From: an uncultured Collinsella sp.
GTDB taxonomy: Bacteria > Actinomycetota > Coriobacteriia > Coriobacteriales > Coriobacteriaceae
DNA length: 64,000 nucleotides
NCBI GenBank assembly: GCA_902494815.1
Contig: CABUVB010000001.1
Location: 504 to 64,503, forward strand
Direction of reading: 5' to 3'
Under the pieces are notes generated by a model. That model did not search any database and had not been told where the DNA came from. It saw only the letters and a program-made list of their open reading frames with translations. The number at the start of each line of letters is the position of its first letter. Position 1 is the first letter of the stretch. Both the position numbers and the translations under genes were made by a program. Of the stretch, positions 1 through 9,925 are shown in pieces.

Positions 1-439
1 GCAGGCCGACGCCGACGTCGCCCGCGCGGCGTGGGACCTGGCGGCGCCCAGGGTGCGCGCCCTCTCCCGCGCGGCCGGCGACGTCTTCGAGGGCGCGAGG
101 GAGGACGCGCTCGCCTTCATGTCCTTCCCCCGCGAGCACTGGCAGAAGATCAGGACGAACAACGTGCAGGAGCGCGCGAACCGCGAGATCAAGAGGAGGT
201 ACCGCTCGGTGCAGTCGTTCCCCTCCGAGGCGTCCATGATGCGGCTCGTGTGCGCGGTGCTCGCCGGAGAGGAGGGCAGGTGGGCCGCCCACCGGGTCGC
301 CGCGCCCGAGTCGGCCGCCCGCGCGTCCGCCCCGGCCCCGGCTCCGGAACCGCTCGAGGGCGAGAGGCTCGAGGCGGTCAGGCTGGCCGCGCACGAGGTC
401 ATAAGGGAGGTCCTTGACCGCCACGGCGTGGCGGAATAG
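1..439 (+). mobile_element. IS256-family (Mutator-like) transposase, C-terminal part; 5' end lies outside the window
   Basis: ORF 53..439 carries FPREHWQKIRTNNVQERANREIKRR and FPSEAS, hallmarks of the IS256 C-terminus; TTACACCAC near 476-485 resembles IS256 right-end sequence. Confidence 0.9.
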
Positions 440-676
440 CCTTAGGCGCAAGGGGCGCTGACGCGGCCCTCCCTCTTACACCACAAAAATTCGCGCCATC
501 GCGCACGGCGCGCTCCAATGCTGAATACTCCCAAAAATGTACGTCGGGACATGACCCACCTGAGCAAAAGCGCTCAAGTTCGGTGTTCGGGGACGCCAAC
601 CGGTCCGCAATGCATGCAAGTCACAGCTCCGGCAACCGTTGAACGGGCAAAACCTACCGTTCACCCCATGGTTGTT

Positions 677-729
677 AGGTGAACGTTCACCTTTTGAGTC
701 GTAATGGATTAGTATGGTGAACGTTCACC
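677..729. promoter_or_regulatory. Two LacI-type operators upstream of uxaC
   Basis: Perfect 16-bp palindrome AGGTGAACGTTCACCT at 677-692 and 14-bp GGTGAACGTTCACC at 716-729. Confidence 0.85.
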
Positions 730-782
730 TAGAGGATGACGAGCGTATTGTGCGCCCGCTCCGCAAACAAAGGGGTTGTTTG

Positions 783-2210
783 ATGAAAAACTTCATGGAC
801 GATCAGGATTTCCTGCTGAGCACCAAGACCGGCGAGGAGCTGTTCCACAACTTTGCCGAGGGCATGCCCATCGTCGACTATCACTGCCACATTTCTCCTA
901 AGGAGATTTGGGAGGACAAGCGTTTCGAGAACATCACCGAGGTTTGGCTGGGCGGCGACCACTACAAGTGGCGCCTGATGCGTGCCAACGGCGTCGACGA
1001 GCGTTTTATCACTGGCGACGCCCCTGCTCGCGAGAAGTTCCAAAAGTGGGCCGAGACCCTGGGTCGCTGCGTTGGCAACCCCGTCTTTGAGTGGAGCCAC
1101 CTGGAGCTTAAGCGCTACTTTGGCTACGAGGGCGTCCTCAACGGCAAGACTGCCCAGGAGGTCTGGGACCTTGCCAACGCCAAGCTCGCCGAGGCCAGTT
1201 TCACCTGCCGCAACCTGATCAAGCAGTCCAACGTCCGCATGATCTGCACTACCGACGACCCCGCCGACAGCTTTGAGTGGCACAAGAAGATTGCCGCCGA
1301 CGACAGCTTTGACGTTCAGGTCGTTCCCGCCATGCGCCCCGATGCCGCTTTGCGCATCGAGCGCGGCCAGGAGTTTGCCGACTACTGCAAGCACCTTTCC
1401 GAGGTTGCCGGCGTCGAGGTCAGCGACTTTGAGGGCATGAAGGCTGCCATTTCCAAGCGCTACGACGTTGCTCACGAGCTGGGCTGCCGCGCCTCCGACC
1501 ACGCACTCGACTACGTTATGTACGTCCCGGCTACCGCCGACGAGATCGAGGCTATCTTTGCCAAGGGTCTGGCTGCCGAGCCGCTTACCGAGGAAGAGGT
1601 CCTCAAGTACAAGACTGCCTTTATGCAGTTCGTTGCCGGCGAGTATGTCCGTCTGGGCTGGGCCATGCAGCTGCACTTTGGCTGCAAGCGCGACAACAAC
1701 CGCGCCATGTTTGCCAAGCTCGGTCCCGATACCGGCTACGATTGCATCTCCAACTACACGCCGTCCGACCAGCTTGCCGATTTCCTCAACTCCATTCAGG
1801 AGACCTGCGGCCTGCCCAAGACCATTCTGTACAGCCTGAACCCCATCGATAACACCATGATCGATACCGTCATGGGCTGCTTCCAGGAGGCTCCGACCGC
1901 CGGTAAGATCCAGAACGGCTCCGCCTGGTGGTTCAACGACAACGAGGTCGGCATGCGCGAGCAACTCACGGCTCTGGCTAACGAGGGCGTCCTGGGCAAC
2001 TTTGTGGGCATGCTTACCGACTCCCGCTCTTTCCTGTCCTATCCGCGCCACGAGTACTTCCGTCGCGTGCTGTGCAGCGTGATCGGCGAGTGGGTCGAGC
2101 AGGGCAAGTACCCGGCCGACATGGAGCTGCTGGGCAGTATCGTGCGCGACATCAGCTACAACAATGCGGTCCGCTACTTTGGCTTTGACCTGGACACCGA
2201 CGAGGCCTAA
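783..2210 (+). CDS. uxaC: Uronate (glucuronate/galacturonate) isomerase
   Basis: PIVDYHCH, GGDHYKWRLMR, AWWFND, GMLTDSRSFLSYPRHEYFRR; ATG 783 preferred over 714 because it follows an AGGGG RBS. Confidence 0.97.
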   Translation: MKNFMDDQDFLLSTKTGEELFHNFAEGMPIVDYHCHISPKEIWEDKRFENITEVWLGGDHYKWRLMRANGVDERFITGDAPAREKFQKWAETLGRCVGNPVFEWSHLELKRYFGYEGVLNGKTAQEVWDLANAKLAEASFTCRNLIKQSNVRMICTTDDPADSFEWHKKIAADDSFDVQVVPAMRPDAALRIERGQEFADYCKHLSEVAGVEVSDFEGMKAAISKRYDVAHELGCRASDHALDYVMYVPATADEIEAIFAKGLAAEPLTEEEVLKYKTAFMQFVAGEYVRLGWAMQLHFGCKRDNNRAMFAKLGPDTGYDCISNYTPSDQLADFLNSIQETCGLPKTILYSLNPIDNTMIDTVMGCFQEAPTAGKIQNGSAWWFNDNEVGMREQLTALANEGVLGNFVGMLTDSRSFLSYPRHEYFRRVLCSVIGEWVEQGKYPADMELLGSIVRDISYNNAVRYFGFDLDTDEA

Positions 2211-2304
2211 GCCCGCATCGAATCACATCGAACCCTGGGCGCCGTTGCCACACGCGGAGCCCCGTTTTGCTTGCACGCTAACAAACATCTAAGGAGACAC
2301 ATAG

Positions 2305-3819
2305 ATGGAGAACATCAGCTACGATGCGCTCGAGAAGATCGGCTACAAGGGCTATTTGCTGCCCAAGGATGCTCCCGAGAAGGTTCTGCAGTTTGGCGAG
2401 GGCAATTTCCTGCGCGCCTTCGTCGACCGTTTCTTTGACATGGGCAACGAGGCCACCGGCTGGAACGGCAAGGTCGTCATGGTGCAGCCCATCAACGGTG
2501 CCTTTGGCTTTGCCGACGGTATCAATGCCCAGGACGACCTGTACACCGTGCTGGTGCGCGGCAAGGAGAACGGCAACACGGTTGACGAGTCCCGCGTGAT
2601 CAGCGCCTGCAGCCGCTGCCTTAACCCGTATCGTGAGGACGACTACCGCGCCATGATGGAGGTCGCCGTCTCCGACGACCTAGAGATCATCGTCTCCAAC
2701 ACCACCGAGGCCGGTATCGCCTATGACCCGTCCTGCAAGGCCGACGACATGCCACCTGCGAGCTTCCCCGCCAAGCTTGCCCAGGTGCTCCACACCCGCT
2801 GGGCTGCCGGTAAGCCGGGCGTCATCGTCCTCGCCTGCGAGCTCATCGATCACAACGGCGAGGAGTTGCTGCGCATCATGAACCAGTATGTGAGCGACTG
2901 GGGCTGGGAGGACGAGTTTGCGCAGTGGATGGCCAACGACTGCACCGTCTGCACCACGCTCGTCGACACCATCGTGCCGGGCCGTATCCGCGACGCATCC
3001 GAGGCCGCCGCGGTGGCTGAGCGTCTGGGCTACGAGGATCCCTTCCTGGCCGTGCGCGAGCCCTTCCAGATGTGGGGCATCCAGGGCGACGAGTCGCTTG
3101 CCGAGAAGCTTCCCTTTGTGAAGGCTGGTCTTCCGGGTGTCTTTGTGACTCCCGACGTCACCCCGTACAAAAAGCGCAAGGTCCGCATCCTCAACGGTGC
3201 CCATACCGCCTTTGTTCCGGGCTCTTGGGTTGCCGGCTTTGATATCGTGCGCGACTGCATGCATGACGAGACCGTTCGCGGCTTCATGAACACCATGCTC
3301 TACGACGAGGTCATTCCGACGCTTGCCGCCGACTTGGATGTCGAGGACTGCAAGGCCTTTGCCGCCGCCGTCGAAAACCGCTTCGACAACCCGTTTATTG
3401 ATCATGCGCTGCTCTCCATCTGCCTCAACTCCACGGCTAAGTGGCGCGCTCGTGACCTGCCCACGCTCAAGGACTACGTTGCCGAGACCGGCAACCTGCC
3501 CAAGTGTCTGGCGACGAGCCTCGCTACGCTCATCTCCTTCTACACGCAGGAGCTCGTGTCCCGCGAGGGCGACGGCCTGCACCTGCGTCGCTCCGACGGC
3601 ACCGAGTACACCGCTCAGGACGACGCCTTCGTGCTCGACTTCTACGCCGCCCATGCCGGCACCGACGATGCCCAGCTGGTGCACGATGTGCTCACCAACG
3701 AGCAAATGTGGGGCGAGGACCTTACGCAGATCGCAGGTCTTGAGGAGTTTGTCGTCAGCGCGCTCGCCGTCGTGCGTGCCGAGGGCGCCAAGCAGGCCTT
3801 CGCCAACGCTCAGGCGTAA
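2305..3819 (+). CDS. uxaB: Tagaturonate reductase (altronate oxidoreductase)
   Basis: PEKVLQFGEGNFLRAFVD, SNTTEAGI, KVRILNGAHT, RFDNPFIDH; lies between uxaC and uxaA. Confidence 0.95.
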   Translation: MENISYDALEKIGYKGYLLPKDAPEKVLQFGEGNFLRAFVDRFFDMGNEATGWNGKVVMVQPINGAFGFADGINAQDDLYTVLVRGKENGNTVDESRVISACSRCLNPYREDDYRAMMEVAVSDDLEIIVSNTTEAGIAYDPSCKADDMPPASFPAKLAQVLHTRWAAGKPGVIVLACELIDHNGEELLRIMNQYVSDWGWEDEFAQWMANDCTVCTTLVDTIVPGRIRDASEAAAVAERLGYEDPFLAVREPFQMWGIQGDESLAEKLPFVKAGLPGVFVTPDVTPYKKRKVRILNGAHTAFVPGSWVAGFDIVRDCMHDETVRGFMNTMLYDEVIPTLAADLDVEDCKAFAAAVENRFDNPFIDHALLSICLNSTAKWRARDLPTLKDYVAETGNLPKCLATSLATLISFYTQELVSREGDGLHLRRSDGTEYTAQDDAFVLDFYAAHAGTDDAQLVHDVLTNEQMWGEDLTQIAGLEEFVVSALAVVRAEGAKQAFANAQA

Positions 3820-3900
3820 ATTTCCGGCGCGGACGCGGGTGCGGGACGGCGTGCCCGCGCCTCGACTTCTGCTCAACCTGTAGGGTTAGGACCATTTGCA

Positions 3901-5385
3901 ATGAACACTATCCAGATTAATCCGGCCGATAACGTGATTGTCGCGCTGTCGCCGCTTGCCAAGGGCACCGCCGTCGCGGTTCCCGGGGTGGGCGAGGTCG
4001 TGGCCGCGGAGGATATTCCGCAGGGTCATAAGATGGCCGTGCGCTCGATTGCCGCAGGGGAGGACGTCATCAAGTACGGCTTGCCCATCGGACACGTGAC
4101 GGGCGATGTCCAGCCCGGTCAGTGGCTCCACACGCACAATGTGAAGACCAACCTTTCGGGCGAGGTCGAGTATACCTACAACCCCACACATCCGGTCGTG
4201 GATCCCGTTGAGCCCGAGACCTTTATGGGGTTCCGCCGCGCCGACGGTCGTGCCGCGACGCGTAATGAGCTATGGATCATCCCCACGGTCGGCTGTGTCA
4301 ACGAAGTCGCCCGTGCCATGTGTGAGCAGGCCCAGGATCTGGTCGATGGCTCGCTGGAGGGTGTTTACTACTTCCCGCATCCCTTTGGCTGCTCGCAGAC
4401 CGGCGCCGACCATGCCCAGACGCGTCGTCTGCTGGTGGCGCTCTCGCGTCATCCTAATGCGGCCGGCGTGCTATTCCTGTCGCTCGGTTGCGAGAACTGC
4501 ACGCATCAGCAGGTGCTCGACGAGCTCGGTGACTTCGACCACGAGCGCGTCCGCTTCCTCACCTGCCAGGACGTCGCCGACGAGCAGATCGAGGGGCACA
4601 AGATTCTGTCCGAGCTGGCTGACCTGGCCAAGCAAGCAAAGCGTGAGCCCATTCCGGCCTCCGAGCTGGTCATTGGTCTTAAGTGTGGCGGCTCTGACGG
4701 CCTTTCGGGCATTACCGCCAACCCCACGATCGGTCGCGTGAGCGATATGGTCGTCGCCCGCGGCGGCACGTCGGTGCTTACCGAGGTGCCCGAGATGTTT
4801 GGCGCGGAGAGCATCCTGCTTGACCGTTGCGAGAACGAGCAGGTCTTTAACGCTGCCTCCGACATGCTCAATGGCTTTAAGGACTACTTTATTAGCCATG
4901 GCGAGGTGGTCTACGAGAACCCGAGTCCCGGTAACAAGGACGGCGGTATTACCACGCTCGAGGACAAGAGTTGCGGCTGCGTGCAGAAGGGTGGCTCTGC
5001 ACCCATCGTCGACGTGCTGCCGTATGCCGGTCAGGTCACCAAGCATGGCCTGAACATGCTGTGCGGCCCGGGCAACGACATGGTATCCACCACGGCGTTG
5101 ACGGCTGCTGGCTGCCACGTGATTCTGTTCTCGACTGGACGCGGCACGCCGTTTGGCGCGCCGGCGCCTACGCTCAAGGTGTTCACCAATCAGCGTCTGT
5201 GCGACCACAAGGCCAACTGGATGGACTTTAACGCCGGCGTGATTGCCACGGGTGAGCGCACGCTCGACGAGGCCGCCCGCGATTTGTACCAGCTGGTGCT
5301 ACAGACGGCGAGCGGTAAGCTCACGAGTGCCGAGCGCCGTGGCTGTCACGAGATCAGTATCTGGAAGGACGGCGTCTGCTTGTAG
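3901..5385 (+). CDS. uxaA: Altronate dehydratase (SAF domain plus dehydratase domain)
   Basis: GHKMA..VIKYG..HTHN SAF domain, HPFGCSQ, GLKCGGSDG, NPSPGNKDGGITT, FSTGRGTPFG. Confidence 0.95.
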   Translation: MNTIQINPADNVIVALSPLAKGTAVAVPGVGEVVAAEDIPQGHKMAVRSIAAGEDVIKYGLPIGHVTGDVQPGQWLHTHNVKTNLSGEVEYTYNPTHPVVDPVEPETFMGFRRADGRAATRNELWIIPTVGCVNEVARAMCEQAQDLVDGSLEGVYYFPHPFGCSQTGADHAQTRRLLVALSRHPNAAGVLFLSLGCENCTHQQVLDELGDFDHERVRFLTCQDVADEQIEGHKILSELADLAKQAKREPIPASELVIGLKCGGSDGLSGITANPTIGRVSDMVVARGGTSVLTEVPEMFGAESILLDRCENEQVFNAASDMLNGFKDYFISHGEVVYENPSPGNKDGGITTLEDKSCGCVQKGGSAPIVDVLPYAGQVTKHGLNMLCGPGNDMVSTTALTAAGCHVILFSTGRGTPFGAPAPTLKVFTNQRLCDHKANWMDFNAGVIATGERTLDEAARDLYQLVLQTASGKLTSAERRGCHEISIWKDGVCL

Positions 5386-5420
5386 CAGCAAGTGCGCCCA
5401 AACATAGCGCTATGTCGTCT

Positions 5421-5453
5421 GCCCCGTTGGGAGTGATCCCGGCGGGGCTTTTT
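5421..5453 (+). terminator. Intrinsic terminator after uxaA
   Basis: GCCCCGTTGGGA-gtga-TCCCGGCGGGGC hairpin followed by T5. Confidence 0.75.
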
Positions 5454-5486
5454 CGCTTCGTGGTTAAGTGAATATGTTGGAAAATC

Positions 5487-5663
5487 TGATAAACGTTCAC
5501 CTATCTCATGGCTGTCCAGCATGGCACCCTTACCAGCAGAAAATAGGTGTGAGGATCTCAATTGTGTCCGTTCGGCGGTAAAAATCGACCGTTCGGGGAT
5601 AATATGCAAGTGAACGTTCACCTGTCATAAGCAATCGCGCATAATCTAACTAAACGTTCACCC
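5487..5663. promoter_or_regulatory. Three LacI-type operators upstream of the transporter operon
   Basis: TGATAAACGTTCACCT 5487-5502, AAGTGAACGTTCACCT 5608-5623, AACTAAACGTTCACCC 5648-5663. Confidence 0.8.
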
Positions 5664-5740
5664 TGAACGCTGGGCAGACAGATGTCAGTGTGGACTCCAA
5701 TGTCTTGCTGCAAGACAATCGAGAAAAGAGAGGGAGCTCG

Positions 5741-7300
5741 ATGACTAATAAGATCGGAAAAAAGCGTAAGATCACATTCTGGACGCGCTTGGGCTTTGGT
5801 ATGGGCGGTATGCTCAATTCCGGTGCCCTGACCTTTACGCACAGCTACATGGTGCTGTTCCTGTCCACGGAGTGTGGCCTGTCCGCAGGCGAGGCTGCAC
5901 TGATCAGCTCGTTTGCCATCTATGTCAACGCTATTCTTTGCCCGCTGATGGGCTTTGTGGCCGATAACTTCTATGCCACCAAGATTGGCCGCATCTTTGG
6001 TCGTCGTCGTTTCTGGATCTTGCTGGCCATCCCGATGATGATCGCCGAGCCGCTCATCTTCGTGGCTACGCCGTTTGGCTTCCCGTACTACTTTGTGCTG
6101 TACCTGATCTACAACGTCGCGTATACGTTCTGCACCGCCAACCTGTCGCCGCTTACCATCGAGATGACCGACGACTTCAAGGAGCGTACGTACCTCACCG
6201 GCTACAAGCATCTCTTTGGTAACGCCGCCGGCTTCCTGATGGCTGCACTTGTGGGCTTCGGCTTTGGCACCTTCGGCGAGACCAACCCGTTCAGCTACTT
6301 CATCATCGCTACGATCAACGCTTCGGTCATGGCAATCTCGCTGCTTTGTGTGTACCTGTCCACGTGGGAGCACACCCCCGAGGAGGTCGCTCAGGAGAAG
6401 ATCGAGAGCGTCGGCGAGGGTATCAAGAAGTTCTTCATCGACGTAATCTCCACCTTCCGCAACAAGTCCTTCCGCAAGGTCCTGTACGCACAGGTCTCCA
6501 CGAAGCTCGCTGCTGCCTGCTGGTCTGCCTGCCTGTCCTTCTTCATCGTCTACTGCCTGCAGATTCCTAAGTCCTACGAGTCCGTGATGGAGATGCCTGG
6601 CAAGGTCGTCGCTATCGTCTGCACCGCCATCTGGGTCGCTCTCATGGCCAAGAAGGGCTTCCACAAGTCTTGGTACCTCGCAAATGTCGGTTGCGCTGCG
6701 TGCATCATCGCCTACAACTACTTCGCCTTTGGTCAGATCAATGGCACCTCCACGGTCGCCATCGCCATGATCGCCTACCCCATCATCTTCGCCATCTGGA
6801 AGTTCTTCTACGTCGGCTTCCAGTACCTGCCCGATGTTCTGCTCAACTACATCCCCGATGTCGATGAGCTCATCACCCTGCGTCGTCGCGAGGGCATCTA
6901 CAGCTCCGCTCAGCAGCTCTGCCAGCAGATCGCCCAGGCTATCGCCGTCAACGTGTGGGCTATCGTCCTTGCTGCCTCCGGCTTCATTCAGACCGCCGGC
7001 AATAGCGACGCCGTGACCCAGCCCGCTACCGTGCCTCTGTATATCTGCGGCTACATGATCATCGGCTGCGCCGGCTTCTTCCTGCTTGCGGCCGTCCTTG
7101 CCCGCGGCATCAAGATCGACAAGGAGCAGTGCGACGTCCTTTGCGACGAGATTCACCGAGTCAAGGAGGGTGGCAAGATGGCCGACGTCAAGCCCGAGGT
7201 CAAGGCGCTTTGCGAGGAGCTCTCCGGCTTTAAGTACGAGGACTGCTTTGCCCACAACAACGTTGGCTTCCAGGACGGTAGCGTAACTCCCGCCGAGTAA
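5741..7300 (+). CDS. MFS glycoside-pentoside-hexuronide (GPH) symporter, probable oligogalacturonide transporter (TogT-like)
   Basis: ~12 hydrophobic segments, FGRRRFW, EMTDDFKERTYL, IPDVDELITLRRREGIY; pectin context; ATG 5741 follows a GAGGGAG RBS. Confidence 0.85.
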   Translation: MTNKIGKKRKITFWTRLGFGMGGMLNSGALTFTHSYMVLFLSTECGLSAGEAALISSFAIYVNAILCPLMGFVADNFYATKIGRIFGRRRFWILLAIPMMIAEPLIFVATPFGFPYYFVLYLIYNVAYTFCTANLSPLTIEMTDDFKERTYLTGYKHLFGNAAGFLMAALVGFGFGTFGETNPFSYFIIATINASVMAISLLCVYLSTWEHTPEEVAQEKIESVGEGIKKFFIDVISTFRNKSFRKVLYAQVSTKLAAACWSACLSFFIVYCLQIPKSYESVMEMPGKVVAIVCTAIWVALMAKKGFHKSWYLANVGCAACIIAYNYFAFGQINGTSTVAIAMIAYPIIFAIWKFFYVGFQYLPDVLLNYIPDVDELITLRRREGIYSSAQQLCQQIAQAIAVNVWAIVLAASGFIQTAGNSDAVTQPATVPLYICGYMIIGCAGFFLLAAVLARGIKIDKEQCDVLCDEIHRVKEGGKMADVKPEVKALCEELSGFKYEDCFAHNNVGFQDGSVTPAE

Positions 7301-7323
7301 GGCCGACATATCGTCCAAATCAC

Positions 7324-7367
7324 AGGGCCGTGCCACCGGAATTCCGCCGGCAGGCACGGCCCTTTTT
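7324..7367 (+). terminator. Intrinsic terminator/attenuating hairpin between transporter and GH28
   Basis: AGGGCCGTGCC...GGCACGGCCCT followed by a T-run. Confidence 0.65.
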
Positions 7368-7415
7368 CAACAGCGTACAATTTGCCTTTAGAGCATCTTT
7401 TTGAGGGAGAAACCC

Positions 7416-9011
7416 ATGGAGACGAACGTTATCTGGCGCAACGCGCGCGCGGCGGTTATCGAGCTTGACGACGGCGGTTACTTTACCTGCGCCGATACGT
7501 GGGAGATCTTTGTCAACGACGAGCCCGCCGGTACCACGAATACGGTCGAGACCTATGTCGACGGCCTGACCCCCGGCAAGCGCAACCTGGTTCGTTTTGT
7601 TTGTGGCGAGCGTGAGCTGAGCGTAGGTGTCACCACGCCGGCTGAGCCCTTTACCATCAACGTTCGCGACTGTGGCGCCAAGGGCGATGCCGAGCATGAT
7701 GACACCACCAACATCCAGGCTGCCATCATGGCCTGCCCCAAGGGTGGCCGCGTGCTGATCCCCGCCGGTAGTTATCGCATCAAGTCTCTCTTTCTTAAGA
7801 GCAATATCAACATCGAGCTCGCCGAGGGAGCGGTGCTGCTGGCCCGCCACGATCGTGCCTCGCTTGCCTACATTCCGGGCACGGTCACGGGCAACGAGGG
7901 TGCCGGGTATGCCGGCACCGATATGCTGCCCCTGGGCCGCTGGGAGGGCGAGAGCTTCTCGACCTACTGCTCTACCTTTACGGGTCTGAGCGTGCACGAC
8001 GTGTGCATCTATGGTCGCGGCGCGATCGACGGTCAGACTGATTTTGCCGAGGACAACTGGTGGAACAAGGACTTTAAGAACATCTTTCGCCCGGAGGAGG
8101 GCCGTGAGGTCGCCCGCCCGCGCATGATCTTCCTATCCGAGTGTGAGAACGTGAGCTTGGCCGGCTTCACCGTGCGCAATAGCCCGGCGTGGAACATCCA
8201 CCCCATCCTGTGCGAGCACGTCGATGCGCTCTGCCTGTCCATCGAGGGTCCCAAGAACTCCCACAACACCGACGGCTTCGATCCTGAGAGCTGCGGCTTT
8301 GTCCGCATCTTGGGCTGCCAGTTCTCGGTGGGCGACGACTGCATCGCCATCAAGAGCGGCAAGCTGGGTATTGAGCCCGAGCTTCGTCCCGCCACGCACG
8401 ACGTGCTGATCTCTCACTGCTACATGCACGATGGTCACGGCGCCGTGGTCCTGGGTTCAGAGGCTGCCGGCGGCATCAAGGACCTTACCGTGAGCAAGTG
8501 CCTCTTTGAGCGCACCGACCGCGGCCTGCGCGTCAAGACCCGCCGCGGGCGCGGCAAGGATGCCGTCAACGAGGGCATTACCTTTGAGCACATTCGCATG
8601 GATGAGGTGCTCACGCCCTTCGTGGTCAACTCCTTCTACTTCTGCGACAAGGACGGCAAGACCGATTACGTGCAGTCTCGCGAGACGCTACCTGTCGACG
8701 ACCGCACGCCCGGCTTTGGTGCCACGACGTTTTGCGATATCGAGGCCACCAACTGCCATGCTGCCGCGGCCTATATCACGGGTCTGCCCGAGAGCAAGGT
8801 GACGCGTCTGACGTTCCAAGACGTTCACGTGACCTTTGCCGACGATGCCGAGCCCTTTGTCCCGGCCATGGCCTGCGGCGTTGAGCCCATGGTGCGTCAG
8901 GGCATCATTGCGCAAAACGTCAAGGTGCTCGACCTGCAAAATGTGGTGATCGAGGGCCAGGACGGCGAGGAGCTGCAGCTCCAGAACGTCGACAAGGTTG
9001 TCCGTTCCTAA
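7416..9011 (+). CDS. GH28 polygalacturonase (probably exo-acting, cytoplasmic) with N-terminal FN3-like extension
   Basis: Catalytic motifs NTDG, GDDCIAIKSG, GHG, RGLRVKT; no signal peptide. Confidence 0.93.
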   Translation: METNVIWRNARAAVIELDDGGYFTCADTWEIFVNDEPAGTTNTVETYVDGLTPGKRNLVRFVCGERELSVGVTTPAEPFTINVRDCGAKGDAEHDDTTNIQAAIMACPKGGRVLIPAGSYRIKSLFLKSNINIELAEGAVLLARHDRASLAYIPGTVTGNEGAGYAGTDMLPLGRWEGESFSTYCSTFTGLSVHDVCIYGRGAIDGQTDFAEDNWWNKDFKNIFRPEEGREVARPRMIFLSECENVSLAGFTVRNSPAWNIHPILCEHVDALCLSIEGPKNSHNTDGFDPESCGFVRILGCQFSVGDDCIAIKSGKLGIEPELRPATHDVLISHCYMHDGHGAVVLGSEAAGGIKDLTVSKCLFERTDRGLRVKTRRGRGKDAVNEGITFEHIRMDEVLTPFVVNSFYFCDKDGKTDYVQSRETLPVDDRTPGFGATTFCDIEATNCHAAAAYITGLPESKVTRLTFQDVHVTFADDAEPFVPAMACGVEPMVRQGIIAQNVKVLDLQNVVIEGQDGEELQLQNVDKVVRS

Positions 9012-9115
9012 CTCGGGTTGATGACCAGGGCTGCATTGTCGGATAAATCGGCAATGCAGCCCTTGTGCGATACGGCCGTGTGCGCTGCGCTACGCATCAT
9101 GGTGAAAGGGAATAC

Positions 9116-9925
9116 ATGCTCAATAAAACGATTCCTGTCGGGGTCGATGGCTCGTCTGCCACGATTACGTCTTATGTTTTTGCCCCGACCGAAGATGCTT
9201 ATGCTTTAAAACCGCTGCCTGCAGTTGTGGTCGTGCCAGGAGGCGGCTACGATCACGTTTCGCCGCGCGAAGGCGAGCCGGTAGCGCTCCGTTTGTTGGC
9301 GATGGGCTACCAAGCGTTTGTGCTGAACTACTCGGTTGCTCCGGCTGTCTATCCGCTGGCATTGCAAGAACTCGCGCGGGCGGTCGATACCGTCCGAGGC
9401 CATGCGGCAGAGTACTGTGTCGATCCTGATCGGATTACGGTCATGGGTTTTTCGGCCGGTGGGCATCTAGTTGGCATGCTCGGGGCGCTTTGGGACCAAC
9501 CCTGGCTTGCAGAGTCGATTGCGGCATCTCCTGAGTCGATTCGGCCTGACGCACTTTGCTTGGGCTATCCGGTCGTAAGCTCGGGGGCCTATGCTCATCG
9601 TGGTTCATTTGAACACCTAACGGGTGCCGATGGCGCTTTGGCTCAAAAGTTGTCGATCGAGAATATGGTGGGCGAGGGCTTCCCCCGTACGTTCTTGTGG
9701 CATACCGCCGAGGATGCATCGGTACCAGTTCAAAATAGCCTCCTTCTTGCGCAGGCTCTTGCCGACCACGGGATTGGCTTTAGCCTACATGTCTTTCCGC
9801 ATGGAAAGCATGGGGCATCGCTCGCCACGGCCCTAACGGCATTTAAGGGCTGCGCCGAGCATATTCAGCCACAAGTTCAGGGCTGGCCTGAACAGTTCGC
9901 TTCCTGGGAGCGTGATGGACGATGA
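9116..9925 (+). CDS. Alpha/beta-hydrolase esterase, probable pectin acetylesterase (PaeX-like)
   Basis: PGGGY oxyanion motif, GFSAGG nucleophile elbow, D..VP and HG catalytic residues; ATG 9116 after GAAAGGG. Confidence 0.8.
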   Translation: MLNKTIPVGVDGSSATITSYVFAPTEDAYALKPLPAVVVVPGGGYDHVSPREGEPVALRLLAMGYQAFVLNYSVAPAVYPLALQELARAVDTVRGHAAEYCVDPDRITVMGFSAGGHLVGMLGALWDQPWLAESIAASPESIRPDALCLGYPVVSSGAYAHRGSFEHLTGADGALAQKLSIENMVGEGFPRTFLWHTAEDASVPVQNSLLLAQALADHGIGFSLHVFPHGKHGASLATALTAFKGCAEHIQPQVQGWPEQFASWERDGR